From positions 3,616,001 to 3,680,000 of the forward strand of contig OZ243927.1 of the NCBI GenBank assembly GCA_965213925.1: a DNA stretch of 64,000 nt, given 5' to 3'. A program made the translations under genes and the position numbers. Each line of letters opens with the position of its first letter. Position 1 is the first letter of the stretch. The notes under the pieces are model-generated. The model ran no database searches and had not been told where the DNA came from. It saw only the letters and a program-made list of their open reading frames with translations. This DNA comes from Trueperaceae bacterium (lineage in GTDB: Bacteria; Deinococcota; Deinococci; Deinococcales; Trueperaceae). Below, one piece after another: positions 10,731 to 20,295 of this stretch.

Positions 10731-10965
10731 CGCTGCAGCCTTTGAAAATTTGGCTTGGTGGATTAAACAGGACCGTAAAACAGCTTTACGGGTAGTCAAA
10801 CTTATTGAAGTTCAGCGCGACCCCTTCAAAGGCTTAGGCAAGCCCGAACCGCTCAAGTACGACCTGGCGGGCTGCTGGTCAAGGCGAATCGACAAGGAGC
10901 ACAGACTCGTCTATGAAGTGCAAGAGACAAAAATTCGTATTTTAGCCCGTCGCTATCACTACTGA
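10711..10965 (+). CDS. yoeB: Txe/YoeB family toxin
   Basis: GLGKPEPLKYDLAGCWSRRIDKEHRLVY...RYHY. Confidence 0.9.
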   Translation: MKSLEFDAAAFENLAWWIKQDRKTALRVVKLIEVQRDPFKGLGKPEPLKYDLAGCWSRRIDKEHRLVYEVQETKIRILARRYHY

Positions 10966-10974
10966 TTTTGCAGA

Positions 10975-12855
10975 TTACTCCGGCAACGATGCGTAAACCT
11001 TTGTCCCTTGATTCGGGCTCGAGACCACCTCAAACTCCCCGCCCCGCGCCAAGATACGCTCGCGCATCTGCCTGAGCCCCAAACCGCCTGCGCTCGTCAC
11101 CCGGTCGGAAACGTCCGCAAGGTCGAAGCCGCGTCCGTCGTCTTTAATCTCGATGTAGCCGCAACTGTCGCACGTCCTGCCGAGCGTGACCCACATGTGC
11201 CGCGCTCCGGCGTGTTTGGCGACGTTATTGAGCGATTCCTGAAAGATGCGAAAGAGCACCGCCTCGCTCTTCAAGGTGAGGCGCGGGGTGCTCTCCACAT
11301 GGAGTGACACGTGCACGTCATTCTGCTGGTGATAGTCCAGGCAGTAACGGCGGATGGTCTCGACGAAGCCGTGGCGTTCCAAGTCAATCGGGCGCAGCGC
11401 AAAGATCGAGCGGCGCACCTCTTTGATGGTCTCGCGGATAGTTTTTTTGGCGTTGGAGAGTTCGTCTAGTGCTTTGCCTGTGTTTCGCTCATCTTGGGTG
11501 ACGAGCCTCGAGACCAAATCCAACTTGAGCGCGCTGAACGCTAAAGACTGCGCGACGCCGTCGTGAATCTCGCGGGCGATGCGCGCCCGCTCCTCGGCGA
11601 TGGCGAGTTCTTCGGACTGCAAGTACGCCCGCGCGTTGCGAACGGCTAAACTGACCTGACCTGCCAAGAGGTTCAAAAAGGGTAAATTCGCCTCGCCAAA
11701 GTGGTTCGGCTTAGCGTGCGCCAACACGACGCTGCCCAAAAGTTCTTCCTCTGTGCGTAGGGGCAAGCTGATGGCGCTGCCCGCCCTCGCCAACACGGGG
11801 TCGGTTTGCGCCTCGCCTAAACAGCCCGCCACGCGCGGCTCCGCCTCCGCCGCCGCCTGACCGATAAAGCCTTCGCCTAAGCGCAACGAGGAAGGCGTCA
11901 CTGCACCCTCTAACCCCTGCCACGCCCTGAGTTGTAAACGCCCTCCGTCCGTCGCGCCCTCAGTCCTGCCGTCCGCAGGGTCATCGAAGAGGTAGACGCC
12001 GCCCATCTGCGCGTCCGCCCGGACCATAATCTGCGTGAGGAGCGTTTCCAAAAGGCGCTCTAAGTTGCCCTCGGCGCGGATGCTCTGGTCCACCTCGACC
12101 AAGGTCAAGAGGTCTTTGGTGCGGCTGCGCGTCGCTTCGGTGGCGGCGGAGAACTCGCTGGATAAGATGCTAAAACTCTCGCGCTGCTCGGGGCTGGGTG
12201 GCTGCTTATAGTAAGCGTGAACGCTGCCGCCGAACTTCCCGCCCCAGACGAGCGGCGCGGACAAGACCCGGTAAGTCTGCGCGTCTGCCTGGACCTGTTC
12301 GGGAAGCCTTTCGCCGCGCCGACTTATCCGGTTACGCGCCGCCGCGTTTTTCTCCAGAGCAGGGCTGAGTTCGAAGCCTCTCGTCACGCCTAAGCTACCC
12401 GAAGCGATGAGGATGGCGGTCGCCTCCGCGTTCGTTACCTCGGCGATGCCCTCGCTCGCCGCCGAGAGCACCGCGTCTAAGTCCGTCGCTGAGGCGAAAC
12501 GCTCGGTCACGGTCTGGATCGTGCTGAGGAGCGTGTGAGAGCGCTGCAGTTCGTGATAGAGGCGCGTCAGCTCGGTTTGCGCCCGCTCGCGCTCCCTCAC
12601 CTCCGAAGCGATCCAGGTGAGCGTGAGGTACGTCGCGAGGGGTCCGACGATGCTGTAGAAGAGAATCTCCGACCAGAACTGCCAGCGCTGACCCCCTTGC
12701 GGCACGACGAAAAGTTGATAGACGAGCACCACGCCCACGATGGCGACGGGCAGCCACACGCGCGCGAACTTGATCTGCTGGTGGAGGCTCCCCTCCAAGC
12801 GGCGCGGCGAGACCTCCCGCTCTCCTTCGGGGCGCTCCAGGGGCTTCGTCGTCAC
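10975..12855 (-). CDS. Membrane GAF-domain sensor histidine kinase (HisKA_3/NarX-like)
   Basis: Two TM helices, GAF domains, EERARIAREIHDGVAQ, QESLNNVAKHA, DDGRGF, GLGL. Confidence 0.92.
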   Translation of the reverse strand: MTTKPLERPEGEREVSPRRLEGSLHQQIKFARVWLPVAIVGVVLVYQLFVVPQGGQRWQFWSEILFYSIVGPLATYLTLTWIASEVRERERAQTELTRLYHELQRSHTLLSTIQTVTERFASATDLDAVLSAASEGIAEVTNAEATAILIASGSLGVTRGFELSPALEKNAAARNRISRRGERLPEQVQADAQTYRVLSAPLVWGGKFGGSVHAYYKQPPSPEQRESFSILSSEFSAATEATRSRTKDLLTLVEVDQSIRAEGNLERLLETLLTQIMVRADAQMGGVYLFDDPADGRTEGATDGGRLQLRAWQGLEGAVTPSSLRLGEGFIGQAAAEAEPRVAGCLGEAQTDPVLARAGSAISLPLRTEEELLGSVVLAHAKPNHFGEANLPFLNLLAGQVSLAVRNARAYLQSEELAIAEERARIAREIHDGVAQSLAFSALKLDLVSRLVTQDERNTGKALDELSNAKKTIRETIKEVRRSIFALRPIDLERHGFVETIRRYCLDYHQQNDVHVSLHVESTPRLTLKSEAVLFRIFQESLNNVAKHAGARHMWVTLGRTCDSCGYIEIKDDGRGFDLADVSDRVTSAGGLGLRQMRERILARGGEFEVVSSPNQGTKVYASLPE

Positions 12856-12858
12856 AAC

Positions 12859-13158
12859 TTACTTGCTCCCGCCTATTTTCCCTTTAGCGTTTTCTCTAGC
12901 GGCGTTTTTAGGTCTAAATTCGCTCATGATAAAGGGATAAAAGGGAATATAGACCGCTAACATGATGAGCAGTTGCACCCAGAAGTTCTGCGTGACCGAT
13001 AGTCCTGCAAGTTCTAATACCATCACGACGAGCGCGACCAACAGGGCGAAAACCAGTGACTTGAGGAACAGGCGGAAGAGCTTACCCGCCGTGACGCGGC
13101 GCGCCTCTTTCGACTCCGCTTGCGCCGCCTTGCGCTGTTTTCTCGAGCGTTTAGCCAT
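12859..13158 (-). CDS. Small two-TM hypothetical membrane protein
   Basis: Two hydrophobic helices. TATAAT 6 nt before ATG. Stop lies 3 nt before the kinase start. Confidence 0.75.
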   Translation of the reverse strand: MAKRSRKQRKAAQAESKEARRVTAGKLFRLFLKSLVFALLVALVVMVLELAGLSVTQNFWVQLLIMLAVYIPFYPFIMSEFRPKNAARENAKGKIGGSK

Positions 13159-13304
13159 ACCCTCATTATACAGTTTGCGGCGCTCGAGGGTCTTTTGAGG
13201 GTTTACAGATGAGCCTGAAAGAAATGTGTGATTTACCTATCTATGTAGATGTAGATTTTTAACGTGAAGAGAGGTGTTTTACATCGTCTGTGACGTGCTT
13301 TCTA

Positions 13305-13337
13305 GTAAGAATCTTGTCAGAAGTGTGAGACTACTAT
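13305..13337 (+). promoter_or_regulatory. Direct-repeat box plus -10 element (leaderless promoter)
   Basis: GTAAG-N6-GTCAG-N11-TACTAT-N6-ATG. Confidence 0.55.
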
Positions 13338-13343
13338 AGGGTC

Positions 13344-14930
13344 ATGCGAACGAGCATACGATACCTACTCAGTACAGTCGGCCTCGTTGCACTCCTCGGG
13401 GGGTGCGTGACTCAAAATGAACCTCTAGCTAACAGCGCGATTCCAGCGCCGCTGAAACCCGCTTTACAAGGTCCTTCGCCTTTAGCCATCCTCTCTGACG
13501 CCTTAGAAAAGGAGGGTTACTCTCTTGACTGGTCACGCGCCGAAAGCGGTGAGCAGGACGGACTGACCGCGACGACCCTCCCACTCTCTGAAGTCATGGG
13601 TCAAGTCATCATTGGCGAACAGGGTGGCGATGTTGTTTACGCGCAGCTTTCACTTTTTCAAAAGGATGGTCAGCCGCTCGAGGACTGGGCAGTCTGTCAC
13701 CGTCCTCCCGGCAATCCTGCGAATGCTCACACCATTTACGTGGGTTATCCGGCAGTAAGTACACACCTTTCAAAGCACGGTGACTCGCTCGGATTCTGCG
13801 GAGACGATGCAATTAACGCCGACACAAGCTCAATTTACGTTGTTCTTACCGCTGGCAACCCTCCGCTAACGGGGAAAGTGACCTATGACGTTCAGGGCAA
13901 TCCTATCGTCGGAGAGGCTGGGGAATCTATTGGTACAAACTCTTTAGAAGCGCTTACCTCAGTCAAACCTTTACCGCCAGTTGAAGAGATAGACACGGGT
14001 CTCGAGGAATTCGCCGATTTTCTGCGTGAAACGCTAGGCGATGAAGCTGATCCCTTCTTAGAAAAGATTCCAGCAAGTATGGGCGGCACAGGACCGGAGC
14101 TTGATTCCACGTTGTTGCCTAATTTTTCATCGGATGTAATTCTTAGACCCCAAGGACCAACAGGACCATGCGGGCAGTATGGCGAGGAATGTAAGGAGGA
14201 AGAGGACCCGCCTAGTGAGGGCAATCCTGGAGGGGATGGCAGCGAAGGGGAGGAAGAAGAAGAGGAAGAAGAAGAAGAGGAAGAAGAAGAAGAAGGCTCA
14301 CCATCAAGTGGACCTTCCTACGATACCGCAGAACTCGACCGACTAGAGACGAATGTCGAAAAAGCAGAATCTGACCGTGACGCATTCCAGCGCGAGCTAG
14401 ATACACTGAAAGGTGCAATAGATGAGGAGTTGAAGAAAGCCGACGAAAAACTTGCCGAGCTAGACGATGTAGTCGGCGGCAACCGACACGAGAATGACAC
14501 GAGTCTTGCCGAGAGAGAAAAAGAGATTGAGAAGTTGGGCGAAGAACTTGAGCGAGCAAATAGCTCAATACGGAATAATGCTTCAATAACTGTAGGTACT
14601 GCTGTTGGAACCGCATTAAGTTGTACGAGGAGCCCCGCAGCGTGTGAAGCTGGAATTTTAGTTACTACAGGTAGCGCAGGGGCAACTCTTGATGCTATGG
14701 AGGAGAAAGCTGAGATACAGAGTGAAAGGAATGCTTTAGTTAGTGAGCAAGAAACAGCAATGTTAGAAGGGGAAACTGCTTCCCTAGCTGCAAAAGTTCA
14801 CCTCCTAAACGTTCGAGACCTGGAAGAGAAAGTTGAGGAAGTAGAACCCAAGCTAGAGGAGGCGCAAGCTCAGCTCAATGAAGCCGTGGATGAACTGAAT
14901 GGTTTTAAGAGACGAAATGATATCGACTAG
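13344..14930 (+). CDS. Lipoprotein with CHxPPGNP motif, poly-Glu tract and coiled-coil C-terminus
   Basis: Lipobox LGGC, VCHRPPGNPANAHTIYV...HLSKHGDSLGFC, E15 run, long heptad regions flanking a Gly/Ala/Cys-rich hydrophobic segment. Confidence 0.75.
   Translation: MRTSIRYLLSTVGLVALLGGCVTQNEPLANSAIPAPLKPALQGPSPLAILSDALEKEGYSLDWSRAESGEQDGLTATTLPLSEVMGQVIIGEQGGDVVYAQLSLFQKDGQPLEDWAVCHRPPGNPANAHTIYVGYPAVSTHLSKHGDSLGFCGDDAINADTSSIYVVLTAGNPPLTGKVTYDVQGNPIVGEAGESIGTNSLEALTSVKPLPPVEEIDTGLEEFADFLRETLGDEADPFLEKIPASMGGTGPELDSTLLPNFSSDVILRPQGPTGPCGQYGEECKEEEDPPSEGNPGGDGSEGEEEEEEEEEEEEEEEGSPSSGPSYDTAELDRLETNVEKAESDRDAFQRELDTLKGAIDEELKKADEKLAELDDVVGGNRHENDTSLAEREKEIEKLGEELERANSSIRNNASITVGTAVGTALSCTRSPAACEAGILVTTGSAGATLDAMEEKAEIQSERNALVSEQETAMLEGETASLAAKVHLLNVRDLEEKVEEVEPKLEEAQAQLNEAVDELNGFKRRNDID
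14250..14294 (+). repeat. GAR trinucleotide tract encoding 15 Glu
   Basis: gag(gaa)3 gag(gaa)4 gag(gaa)5. Confidence 0.85.
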
Positions 14931-14945
14931 TGAATCACTTTCAGG

Positions 14946-14973
14946 ACCTGCTCTAATTTTAGAGCAGGTTTTT
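14946..14973 (+). terminator. Intrinsic terminator
   Basis: ACCTGCTCTA-attt-TAGAGCAGGT-TTTT. Confidence 0.8.
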
Positions 14974-15002
14974 CACCTTATAGTAAAGGGGAATGTGTAG
15001 TT

Positions 15003-15425
15003 ATGCCTTTGTGGATTGTGATTGTAATTATACTAGCGCTACTTTCACTCTTGAGTTATGGAAAGCTAGCTGCCGCATTGTTCCTTCACTTAGCGCTATT
15101 TGTTTTTAGGATTCAGACAGAGCTGTGGGATGAATATCCTACAGTAGGAGAGCCCTACGGCATACCTCGCACAATAGTTCAGCTAACTTTAATTATCTTC
15201 ATTCTTCTTTTCGAATTCACTCCTCTTAAAATTGTGATTCGAAAAAAACTAAAACTCGTTATCGGACTATTTCTGTTAGGAATTTCCCTCTACTGGGTCG
15301 GGAAACCTTATATTGTCGCTTTAGATGTTTACGCCTATACTCCTGTCACGCTGGCGCTGATAGCAGGCTTACCGCTACTTGGCGCAGTGATTTTGAGTAG
15401 AAAGAAACAAAGAGGAGAAAGATGA
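15003..15425 (+). CDS. AT-rich small multi-pass membrane protein
   Basis: 140 aa with 4-5 hydrophobic segments. Stop overlaps the next start (ATGA). Confidence 0.7.
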   Translation: MPLWIVIVIILALLSLLSYGKLAAALFLHLALFVFRIQTELWDEYPTVGEPYGIPRTIVQLTLIIFILLFEFTPLKIVIRKKLKLVIGLFLLGISLYWVGKPYIVALDVYAYTPVTLALIAGLPLLGAVILSRKKQRGER

Positions 15426-16165
15426 ATCTAATTCGAGCAATTCTTATCGCTTTTGCGCTTGTGACTTTGGCTGGATGCGGTAGTACATCGGATGAAACAC
15501 CTAAGAGTACGCCGGTGGGGGAGAAATCCTTGAATGCAGCTATCGGTACACTCAACTATAGCAACCGAGTTGGCACGAGCTTCATGCTCGTTTTTAACCT
15601 GGATGCGGCTCCACCTATAGAAGGCTTTGAGGTACAAATCTTTGGTCCTCGAGGCTGGAACGGGGGCGACCCGGCTAGACGCACTTTTCGTTATAATGAG
15701 GCGGGTAGGCACGCAACTTGGGTCAACATCTTTCGCGATAACGATGGCAATAGCATGGAAGCTGTGAGCGGTCCTTACATCATTCAAGCGGAGATTGACG
15801 GCGAACCGCGCCGCGCCGAAGTAGACCTTGATGCGAGCAAGCTTCTGCCTAAGCCAACGAATTTCACTGTGACGAAGGGGAGCATGTCCACCGTCACAGC
15901 ATCTTGGGGCGCTGTACCGGGTGCGGAGTCTTATCTAGTCGAACTTTTTGAAACAGAGACTGGCAATCTGGACGAGCCTGTTACCCTCTATACAACGACG
16001 TTGGAAGCCACGCTCGAGGGACTGAATCTCGAGGTCGGCGGTGAGTACCGGCTCGGGGTCTCTGCTCTACCCGTCGACTTCACCGATAGAGCAGCCAAAA
16101 CCCTACCGCAAGGGCAGTTCAACACCTCATTTACGAGCCAGCGGTTTGTTGTAACTGCTGAATAA
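15422..16165 (+). CDS. Lipoprotein with C-terminal fibronectin-type-III-like domain
   Basis: Lipobox LAGC, PKPTNFTVT...VTASWGAVPGAESYLVE...LEGLNLEVGGEYRLGVSA. Confidence 0.75.
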   Translation: MNLIRAILIAFALVTLAGCGSTSDETPKSTPVGEKSLNAAIGTLNYSNRVGTSFMLVFNLDAAPPIEGFEVQIFGPRGWNGGDPARRTFRYNEAGRHATWVNIFRDNDGNSMEAVSGPYIIQAEIDGEPRRAEVDLDASKLLPKPTNFTVTKGSMSTVTASWGAVPGAESYLVELFETETGNLDEPVTLYTTTLEATLEGLNLEVGGEYRLGVSALPVDFTDRAAKTLPQGQFNTSFTSQRFVVTAE

Positions 16166-16241
16166 CTCCTTAAAACCTTACGAACACAGTCTAGGGCGAC
16201 TTTTCTTAAAGCTGTTATTAGAGGGGTTGTCCTAATTTACG

Positions 16242-16823
16242 CTAAGATCGGCTCGCCTCAGCCTCCGACGCCATCCCCGAGGCGTCACGCTGCTCCGCTA
16301 ACCAGCGCCCCCTCCTTAGCTCCATCTGCACGTCGGTACGCCCTTTCCCGGCGGGTACGCGCCTACGCTCTACGAAACCCACCTTCTTAAAGGCGCTCTG
16401 CGCGCGCGGGTTGTCCTCGAACGTACTGAGCGTCACGCGCTCCAAGCAAAGGTCCTCGAAGGCGTACGCCAAAAGCGCCCGGATCGCCTCGGGACCGAAC
16501 CCCTTACTCCAGTGCGATCTCTCGCCGATGATGATGCCCAGCGTCGCTTCGGTGCGCTTTATGTCGTAAAGCTCGATGGTGCCGATATAGACCTCTTGCG
16601 AATGCGTCGTGTCGAAGATGCCGAACGTCGCGCGGTCGCTCCTGCGGCTGTCCGCCTTGAGGATGCGTTTAAGTAACCAGAGGGGCATTCGGCTCGGCGG
16701 GGTGCCGTTGAGGTGCGCAATTTCGGGGTCGCGGAAGTGTTCGTAGACGCGCCGCCAAGCGTCTTGCTCCAGCTCAGCGAGCGGCTTGAGGACGACGCGC
16801 CCGTAGCCAAGAGGTGGGCTCAT
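16242..16823 (-). CDS. GNAT N-acetyltransferase (RimJ/RimL-like)
   Basis: LGIIIGERSHWSKGFG, NPRAQSAFKKVGF. TATAGT 6 nt before ATG. Confidence 0.88.
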   Translation of the reverse strand: MSPPLGYGRVVLKPLAELEQDAWRRVYEHFRDPEIAHLNGTPPSRMPLWLLKRILKADSRRSDRATFGIFDTTHSQEVYIGTIELYDIKRTEATLGIIIGERSHWSKGFGPEAIRALLAYAFEDLCLERVTLSTFEDNPRAQSAFKKVGFVERRRVPAGKGRTDVQMELRRGRWLAEQRDASGMASEAEASRS

Positions 16824-16883
16824 CACTCTACTATAGCCTCATCTTTGGGCTGAGAGTGCGTCCTCTAAAGCAATAGCGGGCAT

Positions 16884-17699
16884 GTGAAATATCAGTTAAG
16901 CAGGGTGCCGAAAGATAAAGAGGGCGAGCAGGATTCAGAGCCTATCACCGCGCCTTCTAAATTCGTTCATACTGCGGAAGTGGACGAAGCCGCGCGGACG
17001 CTGCCCTTAAAAATAGAAGAGGTCGGCGTCGTCACCTCGACGCAGGACGTGATGAAAGCGCGGCTTTCAGCGGGCGAGCGCGTTCACGGTCTGGTGCTCC
17101 GCGCCGCAGCGCAGACGCTCGGGCGCGGGCAGAGAGCGCGGGCTTGGCAGAGCGGCGTGGGCGGCAGCTACCAGACGCTCGCCGTTCACCTGCCCGAACT
17201 GCGCGCCCTGCCCCATACTCAGCCTCGAGCCCCCCTCGCCGTCGCCCTAGGTCTAGCGCAAACCCTGCCGCGCTACGGGGTCAAAGTTGGCATCAAGTGG
17301 CCCAACGACCTCTTCTACCGCCGCAAGAAGTTAGCGGGTATCCTGCTCGAGTACGCCCACCAGCACCTCCTCATCGGCGTCGGCGTGAACGTGAATAACG
17401 AGGTTCCGCCGGGCGCGGTCGGGCTCAGAGGGTGGGACTTGGCGGGGGTCCACGCGGTCGTGTTGGAGGGGATACAGGTCGGTTTAGACTGGCTGTTCGC
17501 GCCCGGCCTCGCCGCGGCGTATGCGCCTTACGACCTGCTTTATGGGCAAGAGGTCGCGCTCGTGCAGAATAAAGAGAGGCTCGTGGGTCGCGCCGAAGGG
17601 GTGAGCGAGTCGGGCTGCTTGTACGTTTTGCGCGCGGACGAGAAGCTCGAGGTCTGCCAAGGGCATGTAGAGCGCTTTATGCTCCGCAGTGATAGGTAA
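16884..17699 (+). CDS. birA: Biotin--[acetyl-CoA-carboxylase] ligase (no HTH); start may be GTG at 16980
   Basis: STQD, QTLGRGQRARAW, IKWPNDL, KLAGIL, IGVGVNV. Confidence 0.9.
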   Translation: MKYQLSRVPKDKEGEQDSEPITAPSKFVHTAEVDEAARTLPLKIEEVGVVTSTQDVMKARLSAGERVHGLVLRAAAQTLGRGQRARAWQSGVGGSYQTLAVHLPELRALPHTQPRAPLAVALGLAQTLPRYGVKVGIKWPNDLFYRRKKLAGILLEYAHQHLLIGVGVNVNNEVPPGAVGLRGWDLAGVHAVVLEGIQVGLDWLFAPGLAAAYAPYDLLYGQEVALVQNKERLVGRAEGVSESGCLYVLRADEKLEVCQGHVERFMLRSDR

Positions 17700-17716
17700 C
17701 GTCCGTACCGCTCTAC

Positions 17717-17926
17717 TGATACACCGTTAATTAAGTATTGATACTTATTGCTGATGTCACCCTGTTCACGCAGTCAGACGAAGTCCGGCGAAGGCGTGAG
17801 GGTCTCGCCTTTCGTTCTCTGTCAGAGGAGTCAGCAAGGTCAGAGATTCTTTCACTCCACGGAGCCTGCCCTGGTGAGGGTTCCGCTCAGAATGACATGC
17901 TTCATTTTTTAGCTAACAGAGTACTG
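17717..17926. repeat. REP/MITE-like palindromic element, copy 1
   Basis: TGTCACCCTG...AGATTCTTTCACTCC...CTCAGAATGACA. Termini ACACCGTTAA / TAACAGAGTA. Inverted homolog at 18828-19044. Confidence 0.7.
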
Positions 17927-18167
17927 AAGACGCCGCAGACGAGGGCTTTACGTTCTTATTGAGCATAGCTGCGCGGCAGAATCAGTGGGACGGCGTTCGA
18001 AGAGGTCTATCAGTGTAAATAGAAATTGCGACTTGATTTACACTGTGTTGTCAGCTAAAGACGTGTGTAATCTAACCCATTCAATGAAACCATGTAGAAT
18101 AGTATGAATATACTTATAGCAAGTCTCAATCTACATGCAAACGATTTCTTAATTGAAGGGGAAAGTC

Positions 18168-18812
18168 ATGGCTGAAACGATACGGGTACTGCTCGCGGAC
18201 GACCATCCGCTGGTGCGCTCAGGCATCCGCGCGACGTTAGCGGGCGAGCCTGGGGTGGAACTGGTCGGCGAGGCGACCGACGGCAACGAGGCTCAGGAGA
18301 TGTGCTCGGCGCTGCGCCCTCACATCATGCTGCTCGACCTCAGTATGCCCGGACCTTCTCCCTTAGAGACGATCGCTTACGTACGTGAACAGACCGACGA
18401 GACGAAGGTCCTCATCCTCACCGCTTACGACGACGACACCTATATCCGCGGGCTGATGGGCGCAGGTATCGACGGGTACCTGCTCAAAGACGAGGCGACC
18501 GAAGCGCTCATGAACGCCATCATCACGATTCACGGCGGCGGCACGTGGTTTAGCCGCTCGGTCGCGCAAAAGATGTTCGAGTGGCGCTCCGGGGAGAAGA
18601 GCGCCGCGTTCGACCTGACGCGGCGCGAGGAGGAGATGCTAGCGGGCATCGCCCAGGGCTGGGACAACCGGCGCATCGCCGACGAGTACTCCTTAGCGGA
18701 GCAGACGGTTCGCAACTACATTAGCCGCATCTACGACAAGCTCAACTTGCACTCGAGGGCTGAAGTCGTGGTCTGGGCGCGGCAGCAGGGCTTCGCTAAA
18801 GATTCAGTTTGA
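18168..18812 (+). CDS. NarL/LuxR-family response regulator
   Basis: LLADDHPLVRSG, LLDLSMP, GYLLK, LTRREEEML...VRNYISRIYDKL HTH. Confidence 0.95.
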   Translation: MAETIRVLLADDHPLVRSGIRATLAGEPGVELVGEATDGNEAQEMCSALRPHIMLLDLSMPGPSPLETIAYVREQTDETKVLILTAYDDDTYIRGLMGAGIDGYLLKDEATEALMNAIITIHGGGTWFSRSVAQKMFEWRSGEKSAAFDLTRREEEMLAGIAQGWDNRRIADEYSLAEQTVRNYISRIYDKLNLHSRAEVVVWARQQGFAKDSV

Positions 18813-18827
18813 GCCTGCGCTCGCTCT

Positions 18828-19044
18828 TAGCACACCGTTAAGTAAAAAATGAGCTATGTCATTCTGAACGAAGCGAAGCGGAGTGAAAGAATCTCGTCCC
18901 CTATTCTCGATTAGCTGAGATTGCGAGTTACAGAGTTTTGGCAGTAGCCAATCACGGAGTTTTAGCGTAGCTAAACGAGACCCTTCGTCAACCAGGCTTC
19001 GCCGTACTTCGTGAACAGGGTGACAACAGTGTTGATGTACTTAG
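18828..19044. repeat. REP/MITE-like palindromic element, copy 2 (inverted relative to copy 1)
   Basis: CACACCGTTAA...AAAAAATGA..ATGTCATTCTGA...GGAGTGAAAGAATCTC...GAGACCCT...GTGAACAGGGTGACA. Confidence 0.7.
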
Positions 19045-20267
19045 GTCGCTACGGGCTCCCCGAGTGCAATGTTCTGACGGTGCGGCGCAGTCTCTAGGGG
19101 CAGCCAGACGCTGAATACCGCGCCGCCCGCTTCGCTATTCGCCGCTAAAACTCGTCCGCCGTGCAACTCGACCAACGCCCGCACGATCGCGAGCCCTAAG
19201 CCGCTCCCGCCCGTTGTGCGCCCTCGACTCACGTCGGCGCGGTAAAAACGGTTGAAGACCTTGCCGAGCGCCTCCTCGGACAGCCCCCGCCCCGAGTCGA
19301 TGACGCTCAGCTTGACCTCGCCCGCGCAGCGCTCCGCGCGCAGCGTCACCTTACCCCCCGGCGGCGTGTGGCGCAGGGCGTTGCTGAGAAGGTTTCCCAT
19401 CACCTGTAAGAGCCGGTCGGGGTCGGCGCGAACGGGCAAGGAGCCGGGCAGCTCGAGCCCGATCGTGGTTCCCTTAGCCCTGGCACCCCCAGCGAACGCC
19501 GCCTTGCATTCCCTCACGAGTTCGGTGAGGTCGACCTCGCGGCGCTCCAAAGAGAGCCTGCCTGCGTCCGCGAGCGAGAGGGTGCGCAAGTCGGCGACGA
19601 GCCGCGACAAGAGCTGCGTCTGTTTCGTCAGCGTGCCGAGCGCGTCCGCGTCGAGGGGCAACACGCCGTCCTCCATCGCGTCAATATGACCCTGCAAAAT
19701 CGTCAGGGGCGTGCGGAGTTCGTGCGCGATGTCGGCGATCATCGCCTGGCGCTCGCGCTCCAAGCGCTCCAAAGACTCCGCCATCGCGTTGAAGTTGTGG
19801 GTGAGTTCGCCGATTTCGCCGACATGCCTGGGCGAAGGCGGCACGACGCGGGCGCTCAGGTCGCCGTGCGCCACCCGCCGCGCCGCTCTCGACACGTTGG
19901 TGATCGGCTTGGAGATGTGCCGAGCGATGAGGAGCGCGACCAGCGCGCCGAAAGGAACGGCGACGAGCGCAGCGATGAGGAGCGAACGTAACCGCCCGTT
20001 GATGATATTGAGTAGCACGTCGAGAAACCGCTCGAAGTTTTCGTCCGAGATGAGGAGCGTTTGAAAGAGGTCCTTGACGAGCAGAAGCTGCTCCGCGTCC
20101 GAGAGGTTAGGGTCCTCGACCACCCGATCGATACCGTTGCGGAAGTCGGTGGGCAGGCTCTCGTACTGCCGCGACATGCTGTACATCTCGATCACGACGA
20201 GGAGCGCGATGGTGCTCGCGACCGCCGTGACGATAAAGATAGTGAGGCGAGCTGCGAGCCGCTTCAC
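19041..20267 (-). CDS. HAMP-domain sensor histidine kinase (BaeS-like)
   Basis: Two TM helices, HAMP, ADIAHELRTPL, NLLSNALRH, DSGRG, GSGLGL. Confidence 0.93.
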   Translation of the reverse strand: MKRLAARLTIFIVTAVASTIALLVVIEMYSMSRQYESLPTDFRNGIDRVVEDPNLSDAEQLLLVKDLFQTLLISDENFERFLDVLLNIINGRLRSLLIAALVAVPFGALVALLIARHISKPITNVSRAARRVAHGDLSARVVPPSPRHVGEIGELTHNFNAMAESLERLERERQAMIADIAHELRTPLTILQGHIDAMEDGVLPLDADALGTLTKQTQLLSRLVADLRTLSLADAGRLSLERREVDLTELVRECKAAFAGGARAKGTTIGLELPGSLPVRADPDRLLQVMGNLLSNALRHTPPGGKVTLRAERCAGEVKLSVIDSGRGLSEEALGKVFNRFYRADVSRGRTTGGSGLGLAIVRALVELHGGRVLAANSEAGGAVFSVWLPLETAPHRQNIALGEPVAT

Positions 20268-20295
20268 GTCGTTACGTCCTGTTTCATGATCCCCC

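Noticed and set aside
17738..17962. 74-aa ORF
   Set aside because: Lies within the REP/MITE-like repeat
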